Source: Mytilus trossulus (Eukaryota). From it: a DNA stretch of 64,000 nt. Made by a program: the position numbers and the translations under genes. The stretch is taken from assembly GCF_036588685.1 (NCBI RefSeq), contig NC_086376.1, forward strand, positions 95,335,630-95,399,629, in the 5' to 3' direction. Shown here one piece after another: positions 1-10,693 of this stretch; the first letter of the stretch is position 1; the number at the start of each line of letters is the position of its first letter. The notes under the pieces were generated by a model, which was not told where the DNA came from, ran no database searches, and saw only the letters and a program-made list of their open reading frames with translations.

Positions 1-399
1 AGGTGTGTAACGTCATTTGTAGCTGTTTGTATATGTGCACAGCTAAGAAAGGTGCGGTTTTGTTACGTTGTCCATAGAATAAAAAAAAATTGACTTGTTA
101 CAGTCTCCTTATTTTATTGCATTATGCATTTTGTCAGTATTTGTTTAGTATTCTACTGCTAATGCTACTTGTAACACTGCAAAAACCTATCACAGCGATT
201 TGAAATGCTTATTGATAATATTTATTATTTTTTTTTATTATTTAAGTTTTATTATCTTGACAGTACTTGTTAATTGTTTCCGTGGTTTTAATAGAAAACC
301 AAATATAGGAGGAAAAATTAATAGACTAATAATGTGATGTTTTTGTCAGTAATGATACGAGCATTTAACTCACCGCTAACACTATAAAAAAAAATACTT

Positions 400-660
400 A
401 CCTCCTAGAAAAATTCAAAACGGAAAGTTTGTAAACAAATTGCAAAGTCAAAATCTCAAACACATCAAACGAATGAATATCAACTGTCATTTACTGGATT
501 GGTACTGGCATTTTCTTATGACGAAAAAATGGGGATCAAACCTAGTATAATGGCTAGCTCAACCTCTCACTTGTATTCCAGTATACTGATAACGCTGTGT
601 AAACAAAACAAACAGACACGATAAATATAAATGCCAACAATAGGGGTACCGCAGTCAAGA
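400..660 (+). repeat. Dispersed repeat family 2 (abundant interspersed element, degenerate copy)
   Basis: Shares core 'aaacacatcaaacgaatg..caactgtcat..ctgacttggtacaggcatttt..acctctcacttgta' with copies at about 9885-10090, 12970-13190, 18678-18880, 22947-23065, 33005-33115 (-), 36550-36735 and 49688-49900. Confidence 0.75.
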
Positions 661-1164
661 AGCACAAAAAAAAGTATATAGACAAATTGCGTTATCATAA
701 AAGAAAGTCAAAAACGCAACACAGTGATGGTATGTATAAGTACCGAGCCACACGTTCAGTATTGCAGTCCTTCTGCTCTTATAAGACCTTTCAATTATTA
801 AAGGAAAACTCTTTAGTTTGAGTGACCTTTTGTGAAAGCTCCAAATAGCTGTAAATAACAAAATTCAGGAATTTAATGGTCCATTCGTTAATTTTGTTCC
901 CTTTACTTCTATGTAAGCCAGTATTCATTGTAATTAGGTCCATTAAAATATTTAGTGACTACTATCAATTGTTTCTGTCTGAATTATTTTAATGGTTTAC
1001 GTCATCAAGCAACACGTCTGTCGCATCTATCTACTGCAACGAGAATTTGCTTTATCTATTAAATTTAAATCTTATGAACATATATAAAAAAACAAAAACG
1101 AAATCCTTGGTCTTTTGAAACAAGTCAAAACAAACTGATAAAATCAAACGTAATTATGTATAAA

Positions 1165-1275
1165 AAGGAAGATGTGGTATGATTGCCAATGAAACAACTC
1201 ACTTCAAGAGATCAAAATGACACAGAAATAAACAACTATAGGTCACCGTATGGTCTTTAACAATGAGAAAATCCA
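1165..1275 (+). repeat. Dispersed repeat family 1 fragment
   Basis: 'gaagatgtggtatgattgccaatga..caact..aaatgacaca..tataggtcaccgta' recurs at about 16470-16775, 27755-27880 and 56370-56430, and in reverse at about 12740-12875, 29110-29290, 39410-39520, 40280, 41110, 41770, 42170 and 46905-47130. Confidence 0.8.
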
Positions 1276-1659
1276 CCAATGGAACGAATGGAATACAACA
1301 GTTATTTTCTAAACTTATAACAGGCCTTTTACAAAATAAATGGGGATTAAATTTGGTTTCGTAGTTGGCTATGCCTCACACTTGTTTGAATGAAAAGTGT
1401 GTGTATTTGAGCTTTAAAGAGAACATTGATTGAGCAGGCATTTAATATAATGGGTTAATGTGACAAAAAAATTCCAACGGACAAAATTGAGAGAACAAAC
1501 ATCTCTCACACAAACATTATAGAGATTTGACATTATCATTGTTTAAAGTACAAAAATTTTGTGGAAGCAAATAAAAAAAACTGTAAAATATTGTCGTACT
1601 TCAGTAACAAATATGATGATTTTTTATACTTTTTTTTTTTGCGTAAAGATAAATATTTA

Positions 1660-1812
1660 AGAATTGAATGCTTCTTTTTGTAAATTTATTGGGGGGTAAA
1701 AGCGTTAACCGAAGTAAAATTTGTATGAAGCGCGGAAGCGCTTCATTATAAAAATGTACGCACGGTCAACGCTTTTATAACCCTATAAAGTTACAAAAAG
1801 AAGCATTCAATA
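1660..1812. mobile_element. Palindromic (hairpin) non-autonomous element core
   Basis: Arms attgaatgcttctttttgtaa (1663) and ttacaaaaagaagcattcaat (ending 1811) are exact reverse complements. There is an inner tgaagcgc-gga-agcgcttca stem. Confidence 0.6.
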
Positions 1813-2571
1813 CCTATAATTACACTTTTCAGCTAGGATCAGATTTATTTAATTCACATGTGCATTTTATTTTGGGACCTCGTGTCATCATGAATGATAA
1901 ATGTTATTGTCTAATGCAATTGCTTACGGAATAACATGTGATGTGCAGTTAGCCAATCAGAATAACGTATTATAATGAAACATGCATCTAATGTAATTAT
2001 ATAGTTATAGAACTTTAAAACTTTCTTGGGTATATGATACGAAGCAAAAACAAATGGTGGAATATGTGAAGTAAATTTCTTGTTACATCTGTACATCGTT
2101 CTGACGATTGTCACCATTGTGTGGAACCCCAAATTTTGGTAGCAATAGAAATGAAATACAGGCCAGTGGTTTCAAATTTGAAATGTTTACTTCACTCCAA
2201 AATGTTTGTTAATAATAACTTGTCAAAATGGCAATCCATCACTAGCCTAAAATAAGAAACATAGCTTCAATGCAAACACTAAAATATTCTTCTTTGTGCC
2301 CGTTTTGGCCTTTATGTGTTCAAAATAATCCCGTTAACGTTCGTCGTAAAGTTAACATACATGTGACCAGTTACAAATATTTTACAAATTCTTGATACTC
2401 AGAAAGTTTGATTATCAGAATACGACTTCACACTTTTGTTGATATGAATCTTAACCATACACCATATTTTGCCTACTAAACCACCTGTCCAATTAATTTT
2501 CTGTTACATTTTATACGAAATATATAATGTATATGTAGACTGTAAGCTGTCAAATATCATCATAATTTAAG

Positions 2572-3175
2572 TAGAAATTGACAATGAGGGTACGGTTGAA
2601 AACAAAACTTTACGGCAAAAGAGATGATTTCAGCTTTCCAATTGTGAACTTTCCATTTATAAGTAGCAACATTCCAGCAGCACCTGCATACGGGGTTTAT
2701 ATCTTACAATCGATATTCCCGTGCTTGAATTTCCTATCATGATTTTCTTGATAGAGGGTTGTTGTTCACAAGGAAGCTATTAAACCAAGAGTTCCAAATT
2801 GTGAAGTTGAAATCATCTCGTCGTAAATTTTACGGTCGCCATCACTAGTTGGTTGACCGTTATGGAATAACCGTTTAACTTCAATCCCTTCCCTTTCATG
2901 AATTTTACCTACCGAATTAAACTATTTATCGGATTTGTTATCACATAAGTAACTTGACGGTGCCAGATGTGGAGCAGGATCTGCTTACCTTCCGGAGCAC
3001 CTGAGATCATCCTTACTTTTTGTTGGGGTTCGTGTTGTTTATTCTTTAGTTTTCTATGTTATGTCATATGTACTGTTGTTTGTCTGTTTGTCTTTTTCAT
3101 TTTTAGCCATGGCGTTGTCAGTTTATTATAGATTTATGATTTGACTGTTCCTTTGGTATCATTCGTCCCTCTTTT
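2572..3175 (+). mobile_element. Degenerate Penelope-like retroelement 3' fragment (C-terminal part of RT plus 3' region)
   Basis: Translates as RLKTKLYGKRDDFSFPIVNFPFISSNIPAAPAYGVYI..RYSRA*, matching the YDKRDDF..FPFLSSNIP..AYGVYISQL motif of Penelope-like RTs. Frameshifts and a stop are present. Confidence 0.7.
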
Positions 3176-4779
3176 AAAATAACAAAAATTGACTCCTTTT
3201 TTACCCTATAAAAATCGTTTTCAAATACATTATAGTTTTATTTGATGTTTTCATTACCAAAGTTATAGAAAGTCCCATTGGCAACAAGGAAATATGTAAT
3301 TCAATGTACACATTTACTACACATGATTAAGGACGGACGAAATTTATCATTTTAATGTATTTTTTGTAAGCAGACCAAAATCAGCATTATTAAAGAGATA
3401 AAAAAAAAGACATTTCGTCGTTTTTTATATGGATTAGACCGTTGGTTTTCTCGTTTGAATCGTTTCACACTAGTAATTTTGGGGCTCTTTATAGCTTGTT
3501 GTTTAGTTTGAGCCAAGGATCTGTGTTGAAGGCCGTACATTAACATATAATGAATATAATTGAGAATGGAAATGGGGAATGTGTCAAAGAGACAACAACC
3601 CGACCAAATAAAAAAACAACAGCTGAAGGTCACCAACAGGTCTTCAATGTAGCGAGAAATTCCCGCACCCGGAGGCGTCCTTCAGCTGGTTTACTTTTTA
3701 AATTGTTATTTGGATGGAGAGTTGTATTATTGGCACTCACACCACATCTTTCTATATCTACATTTGTATTAAAACAAATTATAACATACCTCAAATTTAT
3801 GAAATACAGATTCAAAACAAGGAAATGTGTAACTGCGAATGTAAGGCTATATCCGCATGTAGAACACACGAACAATGAATAAGGCAGTTAATTGTTATTT
3901 AATTGTAAGCAATGGGATCTACTAAAACAGGATGCAGTTTGCAACGAAATATTTTCAAGCAAACCAATAATAGCTTATAAAAAGCATAAAAATATTGCAG
4001 ATCTATTGACAACGACAAAATTAAAATAAATTGATATAGGTAAATCCCTGATGATGGCGGGCCTACAATGCTTAAACCCTTTCATAAATGTTATACATTT
4101 ATCATTAGCATATAATACAAAAACCGCCGAAACATTATATTAATGTCGGATTGATTAAAAGCAATTGAAAGTCTAGTAATACTAGCATCATGTGATCAAT
4201 ATTTTGTAATTTAATTACAATAAAGTACTTATAGTATGTATACGGAGTCTTCCGAATAAGATTTTTTGCTATCGGAATTCAGACTGATGTTGGAATACGT
4301 GGATGTTAGGTGTCACTTTTATTCAAAGACAGATTAACCAAATCATAATTAATAATCTTTTATTGATGATATTTAAAAAAAATATGAAATGATGCAGCTC
4401 TCAATACATTATGTAGATGTTTATAAATATTTGTATACAGGAAAACTGTATAACATTGAATGCACCATCTTGGTTTGGGGAGAGACTATTTAGAGGAGTT
4501 GATGATATCAACCTTTCGCCTCTCTTCACTGTTAACACATATACATCGCCTTCTCTGCGTCTTCTGCATCATACTCTCGAGACATATTTCTAAAAAGCAG
4601 AATGAAATAATGATATAACCCACTAGTTTTAAGCTACAAAACGCAAAGAGCGTGCGCATGATACCAGAGTGACATTCAAATTCATAGATCAAAAATAGTT
4701 GTATCACTTTCTTTCAGATTATGTAGCAGTTGTGTTAATCAATATCAACTAATGTCGATGTGGTGTGATCTTCTCGGTA

Positions 4780-7700
4780 TTACATATTTACAATTCCTGA
4801 CTGTGCAATAGAATCACTTTTTATCCCAAGAAATATATATGAACATCCTATAGCAAAGGAAATTAAAAAGACAAATAATCCAACTCGATCTAAAACTAAG
4901 GCAAACTGAATCCAGAATTCGGAATCATCATCTCCAGCAAACTGTACAGTCTCTTGACCTTTTGAACTGCCGTTACATTCTGCTTGGCATAACTGGCGTT
5001 TAGTATTATCCTTCAAAAATAAATTATAATTGATTATTATCTTATTTATAAATGTTGGTTTGTTACTTACAAACTTACATCCAAGAGTACTAGTCGATTA
5101 ATATAAAAAATGTTTGTTTATATATTGATTTTTTAATCAATTATAAAACTAATATGAATTCATAAGCAATTGTGCTTCCCTACAGCTCCTACTTAAACGG
5201 TTTATCTTTAAGTTATGAAAATTTACAGCATATATGGTAAAGGATTACATGTCATCAGATCAACATTAGTAAATTTAATTCTTTAAATCTTGATTAAGAA
5301 ATATCAAACTTTAATTGCATTTTAAAGGAATGAATATCTTTCTTCAACTTCAGTTAATAATAAAAAGAGTTTCTTTACATCAAAACAATCAACGACATCA
5401 ACTATTACCTGTTTGCTGGAATGTTGGTTTGGACTTACAATCTTTGGTAGCGTAACACATGTAACGTAGGCAAGTGGCTTCAATATGAATGATTTCAACC
5501 ATGGTGACATTTTCCTATGTCCCCGATGATGTATGTTCAGGACTATCACTTGCCATAATGATGATCCGCCACTCAATACCAATGTAAATGTAAAGAACAT
5601 TGCTGAAAAAATGAATAATTAAGTAGCCTCGGGCAAATCAAAATATAACCGTAAAGATTATTTTAATTAATCACATACGTGTTGTATGTGTCTGAAAAAA
5701 GAGGACGAAAAGATTAATTAGTACGAGTTGCTAAACTTTATATATAAACCTAAATACTTGTAATCTATTTTGTAAAGTATACTTTTATCTCACTGATATT
5801 CGGAAAATATTATTCTCCTTTTTAACTAGCAATATCTCTTACCAATCCACGGTGTGGAATCAGCTGATGGTGGCAACTGATCGGCGACCAATAGTTGGAA
5901 AACTGACATAGCTAACATGACTGTTAGTTCTAACCCAACCTTTTCTCCAGAGTCAACAGGAAGTAGAAACCCAAACGAGGCTACTACTGTTACCAATACT
6001 GATGGAATGATAATATTGGTTATGTAGTAATCAGGTTTTCTTGTTAAATGAATGTAAACGGTGACATCGGGAAATAGGTGAGCGCAACATCCATAATATA
6101 ATTCATGTCTCACTATTGGTGCATTGTCAATTATAAATTCAACGTTTTCTTTCACTGATGATAAATCAGCATTTGATTTCTTGGATGTAACATTTAATTC
6201 GAAACCATTATATACCCAAGATCCAAACATTAAGTCACAAACTTGACGATCAAATGGAAATCTCGACACATCTATTGGACACGAGGCTTCCACCTTTGTA
6301 GGAAAGTTATAGGTGATATTGCCATCAAAATGAATCAAAGCTCTGAAACTATCAAATCCAAAAAATTCTTCCGAAATGCTGAAGATATAAAAAAAATATT
6401 AATCACTTTCACTTTTCATTTTTTGTTAATACTTGTTAGTGATATTCTGTTATTAAAATCAGGATGCAAAATTATTTTTTCACTAAACACGATTTAACTA
6501 CCTTTGACATGTCATATTTTCGGAAAACGCACTTTACACATTAATTTCATTATGTAACTATTGTTTATGAATAGTGTGTATGTATGCTTTAATGATAAAA
6601 CAAAGTTTCAAAAAAGGAATAAGCTACAAATTCGACAGCAAAATATAATGACTTGCAATTCCATAATGTGTGTCAGCTTTGTAAAAAGAGAAACAACGTC
6701 GACACTAGGAATAACCGTTCTTTGACAGATCCGGCGTAAAAAATTCGTTAACATATAACATAATATCAAAGATTTAAACAAAATACGATTTCACATGATC
6801 GCTATTTATATTCATGTTATACATATATCAGATTACACTTTTTTACCGTTGAGTTTTCGTGGTCACCTTAAAAGATAATTATATAACTATATATATATAA
6901 CAGATTAACAGAATTGACTACTGACAATTTCGTGTTCACAACTGTTTCAAAATCGGACGAGAGTTTCTCAGATCTATTGCTTGTCAACCGTGAAGATCTC
7001 TGTGACACTTTAATACCAGAACATCGTTTGTAAGTCCTTAACATATGATATTTCTTCTTAAAACACTGTGAACTGTAAATACTTTTCTAACTTTATAATT
7101 GTACATAATAGTAATGAAAAGTACCAGGATTATAACATAATACGCCAGACGTGCGTTTCGTCTACATTAGACTCATCAGTGACGCCCATGTCAAATTATT
7201 TATAAAGCCAAACAAGTACAAAGTACATAATAAGTGCATTTTTTCTTATGTCATTCTCCTATAGGAGGAAATAAAGTATGTTGATGATGATGACCTTGTG
7301 TAAGTTGGATATACGTGTTAGTATGTTATTAATTAGATTGGATAATTTGAATCAAATCGGTGAATATGAATTTGACATTTAATAAATTAATTAATGCCCT
7401 TTTTAAAAGTTTTTACTTTTCATTTATATCATTACGGATACATAGCCTAAGATGTGAAAATATCCGTTCTATGTAATTCCCTATTCAAATCATTTGATTA
7501 CGTGAGTACTAATAACGATTGCAACATCGAGCGTTGCTCCTTTTATCTTTTGTGGTATACTTAATGGGACCAAACGTCAACCCAAAGTGAATAAATTAAA
7601 GGAGATGTTAAACAGTTGGCTTTTATATTATGTGGTGTAAATCGTTGATGGAATAAGTTCTTTGTAGTTATTTGGTTAACAGGATTTGCTAAATACTAGT

Positions 7701-10693
7701 ATTATATTATTTGTATATGCGTTTCTCTGTATTGGTGATCGTGCGTGTGTCTGTGTTGTATTTCAGGCTCGTAGTGTTTGGTGATATAGTTTAACATTGT
7801 CATAAAGCGGGAGGATTGGAATGGGAGTTCGTTTCTATGTGTGTTTGCGTTTGTTTTTCTTCCCATCTGTATACTCGTTTATCCATTGTTTCCTTTTATA
7901 GTTGATGTGTTTTATTTGTTTTTGTTTGTAATCCAGATTTGATTGGGTTTTTTTTCTCAGTCGATTTATGGTTATTGAACACCGGTATACTACTGTTGTC
8001 TACAATATACTTCCACGAGACAATAACAACAAAACTAAAAGGACACGTAAAAGCCGTCGAAGATACTATTAAAGTGCTATATTTACTTGCAAAAGTTTTT
8101 CCGACCTAAACAATATTAGAGAACAGAAATCTCTCAACCAATTGTAAACTAGGCCGTAGATTGATATATATGAAAACTGCTCACAAAAACTGATATGACT
8201 TTTATAAACTACGAAGATATTTCAAAATATTTTGTTAATAAATAACTGTTGTATAACGCAATTGTTAATACATACCTTTTGAGTAACGCTAATGTCAATT
8301 AATACCTGTTGTATAACGCAATTGCCAATAAATACCTGTTGTATAACGTAATGTCCGGTTTCCATATAAGAGATACCGGAAGTACTATAGACTTGATGCC
8401 GTCAAAAGCATCAGGATCCCAAACAAGGTGACAATCGTTCCATCCCTATGTATACGATAAAAATGTATTTGAACGAAAATGTCATCCAGAAGTTAGAAGA
8501 AAATTCATTACAACTCATAATTTTATTCAAGTAAACAAGGTTTTTGTTTGTTTTAAAGTGGAATACAAATTATAATGTTATTAGCCAAAGGGATGACCTA
8601 GTAACTCTTTTTGTTATTTTTTTCTTGTCTAGGAATATCAGTTATAACTACTCTAAATGGTCTTCGATATCGTACTGATGAGACGAAACGTGCGTCTGAC
8701 GTAAATACAAAATTGTAATCCTGGTTTCTGATGAGTTCATTTAATCGTCGATACTAATGTACATCCTAGAAGTCAGCAATTTTGTTCACATACACATCTC
8801 AGTGATGCAGTTGTCTCTGTATATCATGTATTAAGTTCATTGTGTGGGTACAAAATAGTAACATTTGTTCCTATTATTCCTAATAGTAATCTTTTCCTAT
8901 TCCAACGCACATATTTTGTAATGCAGCTTTGACAACTTTTTTTTAAACTTTTTATTTTTAAAGCCTTATTATTCGTAATAGATGTAGATTTCCAACAGTT
9001 TGATTTAAGCGCCCCTTATTACTCAAATATAGACAATTTCGAGTATGGTGAGCAAAAGTATGAGCCTAAATTCTTTAATGAGTATTTACCAAGGAAGTGT
9101 GTGTCAATTTAATAGACTCAGAGAAATGGTAATGAATGCACCCCTTTAATGTCAATCCGATTCAAGATTTAAATGAATGTTTCGTTAAACGAACCTTATG
9201 TTATTGTTTCGCGGGATTTGTTGTGCGTCCCTAGATTATGTTCCATATGCAGAATTTCAATTGTTTAATTTGCAGATGTCATTCACTCCGTTTTCACGTT
9301 TACCGTATTATTCATTTCACATTAAGTTTCCAATATTCTTAGATTGGATGTACAGTGAAAACTCACCAATCTCATCCATATGTTAAACAGTGCAACTTGC
9401 TCGGGTTCATTCTGAAAGAAATGGTTGAGAAGTAAAGAAAATTACAGAATTAAATACAATTATTTAATAAGTATGTACGATGGGAAGATGGAAACAATTC
9501 AAAAAATAGATTTCAGCAAGCAAGTTTGTTATGATGCTCAAGTGCCACAAGCCAGGGACTATAGTTCTTAAATATGTGTGTTTGCATTTGTTAACTTTTA
9601 ATTTGTAATCAAATTATATATAAGGTATGCTGGATCTAGTATCTATTCATGAAAAATATTTTGTTAACCTACTGCTGTATGAACATTACTGTACTAGAAC
9701 TAATTCGTGCAGACTGTACGAATACATACCAAAGATATTAACTGTCTAATGGCCATGTCAACTGTGACCTGAGTTGTCTCAAATCCAGGACACACTGGTC
9801 GTACACTTGGCTTATAATCGTTGATCAGTGCAGATGTCAGATAGTTCAAGGTTGATGAACATCCTATATTGATGCATAAACAAAAAATAAAATCACAAAA
9901 ATACTGAACTCAGAGGAAACTCAAAGAGGGAAGTTTCAAATCAAATGACAATATCACAAGCTCAAAAATGTCAAACGAATGGATAACAAATGTCATATTC
10001 CTGAATTGGCATGGACATTTTCTTATGTAGAATATGATGGAGTGAACCTGCAGTCTGGCTTCCTAAACCTCGCACTTGTATAACAGTCGGCAACGAAACA
10101 ACGGCAAAGAAAATGTAGAATTAATAACCTAATGTTGAATTTATTTGTTTATATTCTTCCTTTGGACTAAAGTAACATGCTCCAATGTTAACAACGATTC
10201 TCTGCTGATCATTTGAAATAAAAATAAAAAAACAGCTTGTGACTTTTGCAATTTGTTTGTGATGCAAATATAAATAAGGCAAAAAACAGTTTAATTTGTA
10301 ACTCAGTTTCAGAAGTTATATCTACGTACGGTAGGAAACCATATCAGTGATCTTAATACAAATGTATTACGGGTTCTTCATTTTATTTGTTAATGTAAAA
10401 AACTGAACGATAACGTTTAAAATTTAGAATGATAAAACAAAATCAAAACAATAGTTCACAGTTGCATTCAGATGTACACAAAAATATGAATATAAAACAA
10501 TAGAAAAGAACAGTTTTACAATACTAGCATACCACAACAGTTTAATAAAACTGATTAGAAAGGGGTGAAAACTCATATAACATTTACATTAAACTTATAT
10601 AATCGTTTTTCCTCAAATATAATTCTTATAGAACTAACCTAAACGACATATTCCAGTTATAACATAGAGTATTAATCCATGGCGTTTTGACAT
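4780..10693 (-). CDS. Nicotinic acetylcholine receptor alpha-type subunit, alpha9/alpha10-like, paralogue 1 (about 434-440 aa)
   Basis: Exons (GT-AG, phases consistent): 10693-10639 ([18 protein letters not shown]), optional 10550-10533 (VLLNCC), 9863-9730, 9411-9367, 8445-8336, 6378-5843, 5602-5409, 5010-4780 (stop). Cys-loop [15 protein letters not shown], loop [10 protein letters not shown], loop B GSW, vicinal CC (YYGCC), M2 [28 protein letters not shown]4 VLDRVGL. Confidence 0.93.

Noticed and set aside
3352-3882. Short ORFs of 81-110 aa
   Set aside because: They are composed of dispersed repeat fragments also seen at about 26050-26200 and 29100-29290, with no protein motifs.
5880-5955. 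Anion-selective ACh-gated channel or soluble AChBP
   Set aside because: All three genes keep the GEK (-1' Glu) cation motif without the PA motif, and all encode four TM segments.
10129-10212. Additional open phase 1-1 segment in paralogue 1 ([15 protein letters not shown]..)
   Set aside because: The acceptor reads tttcAA rather than AG, the donor GTTATT is weak, and there is no similarity to the 60-nt exons.
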